A stretch of 64,000 bases of DNA from Candidatus Sumerlaeaceae bacterium (GCA_051003195.1 JBPCLP010000047.1:149745-213744); one strand, 5' to 3'; positions 30,604-39,243 are shown, numbered from the stretch's first letter. Made by a program: numbers and translations. The notes: generated from the sequence alone by a model not told the origin.

Positions 30604-31527
30604 TCAGTCCAGCAGGCCCTCGATCGCTTCGAGGTCTGCTTTCCTGAGTTCTTTCAAGAAATCTCCGAGGTCCTCGCTGCCGCGAGCGACGTCGCCGTGC
30701 AGTTGCTCGATGTCGTTCACGGGACCGCCGGATGTCACCATTTCCCGAACTTCCTCCGCCTTCTTCTCGACCTTCTTGATCGCGTCGGTCACGTCCTGCG
30801 CTGCTTCGGGCAGCTCGTCTTTCGCATATTCGTTAAACCGCTTGATCAGGTCGTTGAGCGCTTCGTCGACGGACTCTTTCAGATTAGTGAGCGCCACATC
30901 CAGTTCCTTATGCAGCTTGTTGTTCGCATCCTCGATCTCGTCGAGCACGCCTTTGACCCCGTCCTTGATATCGTCGTGCATTTCACCGGACGATTTCATG
31001 AGGTCCTGCTGCTTGTCCTCGATCTCCTTCAGCGTATCGTCTACGGCCTTGTGCAGGTCGTCGATTTTCTCGTCGGACTCGGTTAGGTGTTTGCCCATCT
31101 CGGTCACATACTCGTCCGAAAGAGTCTGGAGTTGCTCGAGCTGGTCGCGCAGTTCGTGCAGGTGGCCCGGTATATCGTGCAATTTGCCTTCCAGCGTTTT
31201 TCGAAAACGCGCGACACCTGCGACGATGTCGTTCTCGACTTCGTCCAGCTGGTCGTCGACCTTCTGGATGGCTGCTTTCGCTTCCTCGGTCCGGTCGTGC
31301 AACTCTTCCATCTCGTGGTCGAGGTACTGGTCCATTTCGTCGATGTCCTGGTGCAAATCCTCGAGCCGGTTCTCGATTTTCGCACGCCCGTCGTCGACCA
31401 CCTGGTCAAGATCGACGTTGTGCCTCTTGAAATCTTCCGCGGTCTCGTCGAGCTCTTCGGTATGCTTCCGGACCTCAAGCGCGAGCTCAATCCCCGCTTC
31501 GATCATCTCGCCTAGTGAACTAGACAT
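30604..31527 (-). CDS. Acidic 11-mer-repeat amphipathic helical protein, paralog 1.
   Basis: 307 aa. Same family. Its start overlaps the 3' end of the upstream HExxH gene by 8 nt. Confidence 0.6.
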   Translation of the reverse strand: MSSSLGEMIEAGIELALEVRKHTEELDETAEDFKRHNVDLDQVVDDGRAKIENRLEDLHQDIDEMDQYLDHEMEELHDRTEEAKAAIQKVDDQLDEVENDIVAGVARFRKTLEGKLHDIPGHLHELRDQLEQLQTLSDEYVTEMGKHLTESDEKIDDLHKAVDDTLKEIEDKQQDLMKSSGEMHDDIKDGVKGVLDEIEDANNKLHKELDVALTNLKESVDEALNDLIKRFNEYAKDELPEAAQDVTDAIKKVEKKAEEVREMVTSGGPVNDIEQLHGDVARGSEDLGDFLKELRKADLEAIEGLLD

Positions 31528-32278
31528 GTAAAGTCGCTGAAGGCGCTGAAGTCTTGGCCAAACGACGGTGAGCGGTTACAGTTTTGGTCGAATCGGTTGT
31601 CGTTAGTAGCTTGCGAAGTAAGTGTAAAAAACTGCCTGCATCCGGTGTTTTAACTTCACGTGGACTTGTCTGATCTTTTAAGTATGCTGGCCTCGCTGGG
31701 GTTATTGCCGGTACGCACTCACCTGCGGACTCCTTGAATCCTGCTTGGAATTCAAGCTTGTCGCTCTTGTTAAGTCTATTAAAGCTAGGATGCAATTGCT
31801 GCGCATTCCATGCATCCTTGTGGGTGCAATGATTTTTGTTACTCCAATAAGGATCAAAGCGCAATGCATCATTTCCAGTACGCAGAACTTCTTTTTGAAG
31901 AGGTTTGAACTGCTCTACGTGTTTGTATTCGTGCACTAATACATTCTGCAAGAACGCTACTCGCTCTTCTGGAGACCGCTGATATCCTGTTCGCAAGGCA
32001 TCGGGTCCTACGTAAATTGTGATGTCACAACTACGTTTCGGTTGCCCAAAGCTTTTGTACTCTCTGAGAGGCCCCACACCTGTCACAGCATACGGGAATT
32101 CATCGTCTGTCAGTTTTTCTCGTCTTACAAAATCGCGTCCCTTTAGGTACGGATCATAAATCACTTTTACTCCGTCGGTTGCAAGTCCAGAAAGCTCTAC
32201 CGGACGCTTTGCTGTTTCTAGTGCTGAGATTAAGTTCATGTCAATTTGTTCAACACTGTTATACTTTCTCAGGTCCAT
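31520..32278 (-). CDS. Zincin-like HExxH protein (DUF4157-like putative metallopeptidase); low-GC gene.
   Basis: 252 aa. ITIYVGPDALRTGY...VAFLQNVLVHEYKHVEQ matches, from memory, the DUF4157 HExxHxxQ signature (consensus like LLAHELtHVvQ). GC is about 46%. Confidence 0.5.
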   Translation of the reverse strand: MDLRKYNSVEQIDMNLISALETAKRPVELSGLATDGVKVIYDPYLKGRDFVRREKLTDDEFPYAVTGVGPLREYKSFGQPKRSCDITIYVGPDALRTGYQRSPEERVAFLQNVLVHEYKHVEQFKPLQKEVLRTGNDALRFDPYWSNKNHCTHKDAWNAQQLHPSFNRLNKSDKLEFQAGFKESAGECVPAITPARPAYLKDQTSPREVKTPDAGSFLHLLRKLLTTTDSTKTVTAHRRLAKTSAPSATLHV

Positions 32279-32389
32279 AGCAGTTCCTCGCTTTAAGTAT
32301 CTCTAGCGCCACATTGTACCTTCTTTACCGCCCAGCCAAGAAGGCAACAATTCTCAATACACGCAAAAAGCCACAGGCCGCAGTATACT

Positions 32390-32632
32390 TCAGTTCTGAA
32401 ACGACGCGACCATCGCCCGTTTCCTGACGCCGCTCGCCGATGGGTCGTCGTCCACAACCTGGCAGTCCGCGGTGCGCCACCGGCGCTCCGCGCCGTTCGT
32501 GTCGACTCCGTAAATCTGCCCGTCGGGCCAGATGTTTTCCACACGGATTACGGCACGCAGCCGCGTGTGCATTGCTACATCGCCAGGTTTAAACATGTCG
32601 TCCCTGCCTTCACTGATGGATATGGTGCACAA
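32390..32632 (-). CDS. Small hypothetical protein (possible SH3/Tudor-like fold).
   Basis: 80 aa, MFKPGDVAMHTRLRAVIRVENIWPDGQIYGVDTNGAERRW. Located between the repeat array and the HExxH gene. Coding status is uncertain. Confidence 0.3.
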   Translation of the reverse strand: MCTISISEGRDDMFKPGDVAMHTRLRAVIRVENIWPDGQIYGVDTNGAERRWRTADCQVVDDDPSASGVRKRAMVASFQN

Positions 32633-32786
32633 AGCTGTCTTCGCTTACTGCCCTGGTATCCCGATGTCGGATTGGATGAATCCGTCAGGATTGCTGGATC
32701 AGTAAACCTTTCAGTCGAGCAGCCGTGGGATAGAAATGCAATGCCTTTCTGCACCCCGGTGTGCCGTCCCAGAGATTCGTTATATA

Positions 32787-33163
32787 TTTCGGTTTGCGGC
32801 GCCCCTTCAGGGCGCGAAAAATGGGGTGCTGTAACCCAGGGCCGCGGATTCCAAAAAGCCGTAATCCTTACCCTGGGCTGTGTCCCGCTGCACCTTCGGT
32901 GCAAAAAACCTGAACTGAATTGTGCCGCATATTTTCGGTTTGCGGCGCCCCTTCAGGGCGCGAAAGATGGGGTGCTGTAACCCAGGGCCGCGGATTCCAA
33001 AAAGCCGTAATCCTTACCCTGGGCTTTGTCCCGCTGCACCTTCGGTGCAAAAAACCTGAGGGCTGCGGATTCCAAAGCCGGAATCCTTACCCTGGGCTTT
33101 GTCCCGCTGCACCTTCGGTGCAAAAAACCTGAGGGCTGCGGATTCCAAAAAGCCGGAATCCTG
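32787..33163 (+). repeat. Tandem array of a structured repeat unit (family 1). Composition X(58 nt)-Y(73 nt), linker, X-Y, Y, truncated Y.
   Basis: Direct read. X = tttcggtttgcggcgccccttcagggcgcgaaaRatggggtgctgtaaccca. Y = gggcYgcggattccaaa(a)agccgKaatccttaccctgggctKtgtcccgctgcaccttcggtgcaaaaaacctga. Hairpins include gcaccttcggtgc and cagggccgcggattcc/ggaatccttaccctg. Confidence 0.85.
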
Positions 33164-33171
33164 GAATTAGA

Positions 33172-34926
33172 TTAACCCGCCGATTCGAGTTCTGTCAGCA
33201 CGCGCAGCAGATCGTCCATCTTGTCTTCCATCGCGTTGCGGTCGTCACCCTCTATCAGGCGCTTCAATTCCGCTGCCTGGTTTTTAACTTCCCTGCTCAG
33301 CGGATGCCCGCCGCGGCTGCCCGCCATGCTCTCTGCGCGACCTACGAGATTGCGCGCCTCATCCACCACGCTCTCCTGAATGCGGCTGCGCAGCATGCCG
33401 GTAACGCGTTCCTTCGCATCCTTCACCATCCGCTGCTTCTCGGCATCCGATAGCCGCGTATCCGTCGCTGCGATGGTGATCTTTTTCTCCACGCCAGTGG
33501 CGAGGTCCTCCGCGCGGCATTCAAGGATTCGGTCCGTCGTCAGTTTAAACGTCACTTCCACGCGTGGCACGCCGCGCGGCGCCGGGGTAATGCCCTCAAT
33601 GCGCAGCAGGTCGAGGAAGGTATTCTCGCTGGCCGTCAATTCCTCTCCCTCGTAAATCGGGAAGCTGATCGCCTCCTGGAAATCGCGGGTTGTCGTGAAG
33701 ATATCCTTCGCCTCGGTCGGGTACGTAGAATTGCGCTCAATAATAGGTGCGAACTGGTCGCTCTGCAAGCCGACACCCAGCGAGAACGGCGTCATGTGAA
33801 TGATGACCGGCTTCTCTTTACCATAGCGTGCGGCCAGCGTATCCTGGATATCACCTTCCAGCGGCGCGAGCACCAGGCTCTGCACTGCTGCGCCCATCGC
33901 CACCACTTCTTCCGGTGAGATATCGCGGTTGGGTTGCTTGTTCACCTTGTCGCGCACCACCTTCTGCACCAGTGGAATGCGCGTCGAACCGCCTACGAGC
34001 AGAACCGTATCGATCTTATCCGCCGTCAGATTTGCATCAGAGATCGCCTTCAATAGCGGCTCTACCGTGCGCTGCACGATGTCAGTAATCAATTCGTCAA
34101 ACTTTACGCGAGTAAGCGTGGTGTCCAGCGTCAGCGGGCCCTTGTCCGTCATGGTCACCGCTTCAACAAGGATGTGAGTTTCCTTCACTTCGCTCAGCTC
34201 GATCTTCGCCTCTTCGGCGGCTTCTTTCAAGCGCTGCATGGCAATCGGATCTTCCTTCAGGTCGATCCCGTGCTGTGTCTTAAATTCCTCCAACAGCCAT
34301 TCCATGATGCGTTTATCAATATCGTCGCCGCCGAGGTGTGTGTCGCCCTGGATCGCAAGCACCTGGAACACGCCGGAAATAACCTCGATAATCGAGACGT
34401 CAAACGTTCCGCCGCCGAAGTCGTAAACGAGAAGCACCTGGTCCTTATTTTTATCCAGACCATACGCCAGCGCGGCGGCCGTCGGCTCATCGATGATGCG
34501 CCGCACCTTCAGGCCCGCAATTTCGCCGGCGTCCTTCGTTGCCTGCCGCTGTGCATCCGTGAAGTATGCCGGCACCGTGATAACCGCCTGCACCAGCTCC
34601 TCGCCAAAGTAGTCCTCGGCATCCGTTCTCAGCTTTTGCAGAATTATCGCGGATATTTCCTGCGGCGTGTATTGCTTCCCTTCGATGTTCACACGGTGCT
34701 GCGTCCCCATGTGACGTTTAATCGAGAAGATCGTGCGACCCACGTTCATCACGGCGCCACGCTTTGCCTTTTTACCGACCAGGATCTCGCCACTCTTGGT
34801 GAAACCGACGACCGATGGTGTCAGGCGCTCGCCCAGGCTGTTCGGCACGATCATTGGGCCGTTCTTTTCGAAAACGGCCACCACGGAGTTAGTGGTTCCA
34901 AGGTCAATGCCCATAATTCGGCTCAT
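33172..34926 (-). CDS. Hsp70-family chaperone (DnaK-like, short C-terminal lid).
   Basis: 584 aa. Motifs IDLGTTNS, DLGGGTFD and VLLVGGSTRIP. The substrate-binding beta domain is present. The lid is shorter than in canonical DnaK and there is no GGMP/EEVD-type tail. Confidence 0.85.
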   Translation of the reverse strand: MSRIMGIDLGTTNSVVAVFEKNGPMIVPNSLGERLTPSVVGFTKSGEILVGKKAKRGAVMNVGRTIFSIKRHMGTQHRVNIEGKQYTPQEISAIILQKLRTDAEDYFGEELVQAVITVPAYFTDAQRQATKDAGEIAGLKVRRIIDEPTAAALAYGLDKNKDQVLLVYDFGGGTFDVSIIEVISGVFQVLAIQGDTHLGGDDIDKRIMEWLLEEFKTQHGIDLKEDPIAMQRLKEAAEEAKIELSEVKETHILVEAVTMTDKGPLTLDTTLTRVKFDELITDIVQRTVEPLLKAISDANLTADKIDTVLLVGGSTRIPLVQKVVRDKVNKQPNRDISPEEVVAMGAAVQSLVLAPLEGDIQDTLAARYGKEKPVIIHMTPFSLGVGLQSDQFAPIIERNSTYPTEAKDIFTTTRDFQEAISFPIYEGEELTASENTFLDLLRIEGITPAPRGVPRVEVTFKLTTDRILECRAEDLATGVEKKITIAATDTRLSDAEKQRMVKDAKERVTGMLRSRIQESVVDEARNLVGRAESMAGSRGGHPLSREVKNQAAELKRLIEGDDRNAMEDKMDDLLRVLTELESAG

Positions 34927-34935
34927 GCGAAGCTG

Positions 34936-35466
34936 TTATCTCCTCTCGTTGTATGCTACGACGACTTTTGCATCCCGCAGAAGTTTGCCCCGGAACACAT
35001 ACCCTTTTTGTCTTTCGCTGATCACCGTTTCATTTTCGTGATCGTCAGACGGCCTGTATTCCACCACCTCGTGCAAGTTCAGATCAACTTTGGATCCTAC
35101 AGACTTCAACTGGTAGAGCCCATACGTTTCAAGCAGGCTGAGCAGCCGAAAGTATATGCTCTCAACACTCTTTAGCCAGTTGTCAATGGCTTCGCTCTGC
35201 GGATAACTGCGGGCCAGGTGAAGCACCCGATCGAAGCTGTCCAGTGTCGGCAGCAGACCGCGGATGAGCTTCTCCAAATCGGCAGGCGAAGCGCTCCGCT
35301 GCTGCAGCTCACGGTTGAGATTCTGGAGCTGCTCATTCTCCATGAGAATTTTTGTGGTCAACTGAACCAGGTCCGACGAATCCTCATCCGGCGAAAGGAA
35401 CACCGGCAAGGGCTGCTCGTCGATGACGAATTCGTCAGCCAGCAGATGGCGCAGTAGTGTTCTCAT
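34936..35466 (-). CDS. grpE: GrpE-like nucleotide exchange factor.
   Basis: 176 aa from the ATG at 35464-35466 (MRTLLRHLL...); the ORF track extends it to 35610. Its start overlaps the stop of the upstream J-like gene as ATGA. C-terminal GrpE-like beta region: GYVFRGKLLRDAKVVV. Confidence 0.65.
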   Translation of the reverse strand: MRTLLRHLLADEFVIDEQPLPVFLSPDEDSSDLVQLTTKILMENEQLQNLNRELQQRSASPADLEKLIRGLLPTLDSFDRVLHLARSYPQSEAIDNWLKSVESIYFRLLSLLETYGLYQLKSVGSKVDLNLHEVVEYRPSDDHENETVISERQKGYVFRGKLLRDAKVVVAYNERR

Positions 35467-36752
35467 GCGCGCATCCGGATGTCGGAGATGGCCTTCTTGG
35501 CCAGCTTGTTCTTTGGATCCAGTTCGAGAACCTTCTGGAACTCGGTAAGCGCGTTCCGGCGGTCGCCTTTGCGCAACAGCGTGTCGGCAATTTCGAAATG
35601 GATTTCCCACTGGTTGGGCAGCATCTTCTGCAGTTCCTTGAAGTGCACCAGCGCCTGCGTGTAGTGGCCGCCTTCCTTCAGCTTTTTACCCACTGCAAGC
35701 CGCGCGCGCATCATGCTGTCCTTCAGCATGTGCGCCTTCGGGTCGGCAATCAGCCCGCGGCGCCACGTATTGAATGCCATTTCGAATTTACCGGCGTTCA
35801 GGTACGCCCAGCCCAGTTGGTTCACCACGTCCAGGTTTTTGGGGTGCTGGTTCTGCAGCTTGATAAATGCCTGCACAGCGTCGTCGTACTTCTTCTCCTC
35901 GATCATCGCGCATGCGAGGGAGTATTGCGCTTCGAAGTCCGAAGGGTTGATCTTGAGCACTTCCTTATAGCTCTCGATCGCCTGCTCTTTTGTTTCTTCA
36001 GTCTGCACGCTTTCAAGCGCTTTGGCACCGTGGTGCTTGTGCACCTCCATCAGGCAATTGCGCAGGTACTCGTCGCCCGGGTTCTTCTCCAAATCCTCTT
36101 TCCAGCGCTTTACCAGTTCTCCCCAGTAGCGCTGCGCCCGCTCACGGTCGCCTGCTTTTTCCGAAGTCAGCGCGAGATTGTGGATGATATCCGTGCTGCC
36201 GGGATCCATCTGCAGCGCGTTCTCCCACAGCTTGATCGCCTCGTCATTCAGGTCATGCAGCGCGTAATAATAGCCCAGGTACTGGTAGCTGAAAATGAGA
36301 TTGCTCTTCGCCCGCTGATGGGTGGAATCGAGCTGGAGCACCGCCACCCAGTCATTGATCGCCTCCGTCCACAGCTTCTTCTGCGTATGGTAAAAACTCA
36401 TCCGAAGGTGATTTGCAATCAGCGCAGGTTTGATCGCTGGATTGGGCGTTCCCGCAGTCAGGTGCTGCTCGAGGCCCTTGATGCGCGCCTGGAGATCTGG
36501 GAGCGGCTCCTCTACTTTCTCCTCATCCGACCACGTAAATTCACCCTTCACATAGTTATATGTGAAGACGTCTTCATGGGCGCGTTTCTTCGGGTCACGA
36601 AGTCGCTCATACGCTTTCTGAATGACCATAAAGCGTTCGGTATGCTTTTCCGGGTCATATCGCTTCACCTGCTCCACATACGCTAACTTGATTTCGTGGT
36701 CGTTAGCGCCTTTGCGGAGGTTCAGAATGGTGTAAGCGTTCTGTTCTGCCAT
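35463..36752 (-). CDS. J-like domain protein fused to TPR repeats (Hsp70 co-chaperone-like).
   Basis: 429 aa. N-terminal J-domain-like helix pattern (YTILNLRKGANDHEIKLAYVEQVKRYDPEKH) in which the canonical HPD tripeptide aligns to DPE. At least 8 TPR-like repeats follow. Confidence 0.7.
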   Translation of the reverse strand: MAEQNAYTILNLRKGANDHEIKLAYVEQVKRYDPEKHTERFMVIQKAYERLRDPKKRAHEDVFTYNYVKGEFTWSDEEKVEEPLPDLQARIKGLEQHLTAGTPNPAIKPALIANHLRMSFYHTQKKLWTEAINDWVAVLQLDSTHQRAKSNLIFSYQYLGYYYALHDLNDEAIKLWENALQMDPGSTDIIHNLALTSEKAGDRERAQRYWGELVKRWKEDLEKNPGDEYLRNCLMEVHKHHGAKALESVQTEETKEQAIESYKEVLKINPSDFEAQYSLACAMIEEKKYDDAVQAFIKLQNQHPKNLDVVNQLGWAYLNAGKFEMAFNTWRRGLIADPKAHMLKDSMMRARLAVGKKLKEGGHYTQALVHFKELQKMLPNQWEIHFEIADTLLRKGDRRNALTEFQKVLELDPKNKLAKKAISDIRMRA

Positions 36753-36993
36753 CCTGCGAGTTTATCCGTTTCCAGTAGGGGCTGCGGCGAGTTTCGTATC
36801 GATGGCGTAGACAGATGACCGCACCCCTGCAAGTGAAATACTGCGAGCACGAAGCGCCATTGCACTCCGATGTCTCCCAGCGCCATGGGGTGAAACACGA
36901 CAAATCCTTGCATTGAACTGCGTGACGCCCGGAAGTAGGGTTCCCATGTCAACGGTACTGTCGTCGTCTTCAACTCCAGCGGAGCGCATAGCC

Positions 36994-37950
36994 ATGCAGT
37001 CGAGCAGTGAAAATCCCTGCGAATTGCCGCCTATTATTTTCTCGGGAAGTGCCAGCAAACATCTCGGCGCTTCGATTTGCGAGCAACTTTCCCTGCATTG
37101 CGGCAACGTCGAGATCCGGCGCTTCAGTGACGGGGAAATCCGCGTCAAAGTGAACGAAAACGTCCGCGGTGCGAAGTGCTTCGTCGTGCAATCCACCTGC
37201 ACGCCCGTGCACGATAATCTCATGGAATTGCTGCTGACGATTGATGCGCTGCGACGTGCGTCCGCCGGTCAGGTCAATGCCATCATTCCTTATTTTGGCT
37301 ATGCGCGGCAGGACCGCAAGGATGAGGGGCGTGTATCTTTGTCCGCCAAGCTCGTGGCAAACATGATTACCGCGGCCGGGGCCGACCGTGTCATCACTCT
37401 CGACCTCCATGCAGCTCAAATCCAGGGATTCTTCGATATACCGGTCGATCATCTCTACGCTGCCCCACTGCTCACCAATTATATTAAGGACAAGGGCATT
37501 ACCGACTTCGTTGTCGTATCGCCAGACGTCGGTAACGTGAAACGCGCACGCGCGTATGCCAACCGGTTAAAGTCTTCCCTGGCGATTATCGACAAGCGAC
37601 GTCCCGAACCCAACGTTTCTGAAGTCATGAACATCATCGGCGAAGTAGCCGGGCGCAATGTGTTCATCTTCGACGACATGATCGATACAGCAGGTACACT
37701 TTGCGGCGCTGCGGAAGCACTCAAGCAACGCGGAGTGAAGGACATATACGCGTGCTGCACGCATCCGGTTTTCAGCGGGCCTGCAAAGCAGCGGCTCGCC
37801 GACTCATGCATTAAAGAGCTGATCGTCACCGATACTATCCCGCACGATCCTGCAACGCTCTCTAAGATGACCATTGTTTCAGTCGCCCCGCTACTCGCTG
37901 AAACCATTCAGCGCATCTACAGCAATCGCAGCGTCAGCGAACTGTTCTGA
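36994..37950 (+). CDS. prs: Ribose-phosphate pyrophosphokinase (PRPP synthetase).
   Basis: The ORF track opens at 36913. The start at 36994 was chosen by alignment logic to Prs N-termini (PIIFSGSASKHLG...RFSDGEIRVKVNENVRG), with a weak SD upstream. The PRPP-binding region DDMIDTAGT is present. Confidence 0.85.
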   Translation: MQSSSENPCELPPIIFSGSASKHLGASICEQLSLHCGNVEIRRFSDGEIRVKVNENVRGAKCFVVQSTCTPVHDNLMELLLTIDALRRASAGQVNAIIPYFGYARQDRKDEGRVSLSAKLVANMITAAGADRVITLDLHAAQIQGFFDIPVDHLYAAPLLTNYIKDKGITDFVVVSPDVGNVKRARAYANRLKSSLAIIDKRRPEPNVSEVMNIIGEVAGRNVFIFDDMIDTAGTLCGAAEALKQRGVKDIYACCTHPVFSGPAKQRLADSCIKELIVTDTIPHDPATLSKMTIVSVAPLLAETIQRIYSNRSVSELF

Positions 37951-38870
37951 TGTCGCGGCGCGTTACCGTACACGTGCCTGCCACCACCGCGAATCTGGGG
38001 CCGGGCTTTGACTGCCTCGGGATGGCCGTGCAAATGTACAACACCATCGACATGGAGGACAATGGCAACTCGGCTCTCTCCATTAGCCTCGCGGGATCAT
38101 GCGCTTCCGACACCATCCCGGTGGATGAACACAACCTTGTCTATCGCGCGGCCGCGAAGGTATTTGAAGTGGTCGGCCGTCGGCCTGACAAACTCACCAT
38201 TCGCCTCACGCTCGAATCGCCGCTGGCGCGCGGACTGGGAAGCAGCGCTTCTGCCATTACCGGGGGAATAGTCGCTGCAAATGCGATGCTCGGAAACACT
38301 CTTAGCCAGCCCAGGCTGCTCAGTCTGATGCTCGGCATGGAAGGACACCCCGATAATATTGTTCCCTGCCTGGTCGGTGGTCTCACGGCATCACTTGCCA
38401 TCGACGGCAGGGTGACATACATTCGCCGCACGCCGGCTCCCAACGTGGTTTGCGTGCTGTTGGTGCCTGGTTACGAGCTTTCCACTGCGAAAGCGCGCCA
38501 GGCCATTCCAAAATCCGTTCCTCTCAAAGACGCCGTTTTTAACCTGTCGCGAATTCCATTCGTGCTCGAGCGGCTGGAGTCCGGTAATCTGGAGGGTCTT
38601 GCCGAGTTGATGGACGACATGCTGCATCAACCCTATCGAAAACCCCTCATCAGGGCATACGAAGAAGTATCCGTGCAGGCGATGCAACACGGCGCGGCAG
38701 CAGTCTGCATCAGCGGCGCCGGGCCGACCATCCTCGCAATTGCAGACTCAGGAAAGTCCGCGGACGTCGCCGCCGCTATGGCCGGCGCTCTGGATGCTAT
38801 AGGCGTGGAAGGTCACGCGCATGTTCTAAAACCGGACGTGCAGGGCACTCGAGTTACAATCCACGAGTAG
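37950..38870 (+). CDS. thrB: Homoserine kinase (GHMP kinase).
   Basis: 306 aa. GHMP motif PLARGLGSSAS. The start overlaps the prs stop by 1 nt. Confidence 0.8.
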   Translation: MSRRVTVHVPATTANLGPGFDCLGMAVQMYNTIDMEDNGNSALSISLAGSCASDTIPVDEHNLVYRAAAKVFEVVGRRPDKLTIRLTLESPLARGLGSSASAITGGIVAANAMLGNTLSQPRLLSLMLGMEGHPDNIVPCLVGGLTASLAIDGRVTYIRRTPAPNVVCVLLVPGYELSTAKARQAIPKSVPLKDAVFNLSRIPFVLERLESGNLEGLAELMDDMLHQPYRKPLIRAYEEVSVQAMQHGAAAVCISGAGPTILAIADSGKSADVAAAMAGALDAIGVEGHAHVLKPDVQGTRVTIHE

Positions 38871-38960
38871 GTCAGGTTCCGGTTCTTCGCGCAGATTCGG
38901 CAAACCGAACTGATTACAAATAACGCTAATATGCTGTCTCAGAATTTCGCAGCATAATTC

Positions 38961-39124
38961 CAGGTTTCCGGCTTTTTGGAATCCGCAGCCCACAGGTTTT
39001 TTGCACCGAAGGTGCAGCGGAACACAGCCCAGGGAAAGGAGGCCACGGCTTTTTGTGGTCGACGCAGCCCTGGGTATATCGATCCAATTACATCGCGCCC
39101 TGAAAGCGGCGCCGGAAAGCGCGC
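38961..39124 (-). repeat. Dispersed copy of the family-1 structured repeat (reverse orientation, partly rearranged). It is preceded by a family-2 fragment at 38872-38934.
   Basis: ttttttgcaccgaaggtgcagcggaacacagcccagggaaagga...cgcgccctgaaagcggcgccggaaa matches the reverse complement of the 32787-33163 units. Confidence 0.75.
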
Positions 39125-39243
39125 AAATTTCATTACCAATCTCTGGGACACCGCACTAGGATCACGCCAGCGTCGCAATTCCTGTGGAAGTTCTGTCATA
39201 GCCGAACTTGGTTTCCACCGCTTCAGAAATCCGGAGGTTTCCA

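Noticed and set aside
32787-33163. Possible CRISPR array
   Set aside because: The units abut directly or are separated by copies of another repeat part rather than by unique spacers of regular length. The repeat also occurs as dispersed single copies elsewhere. No cas genes are in the window.
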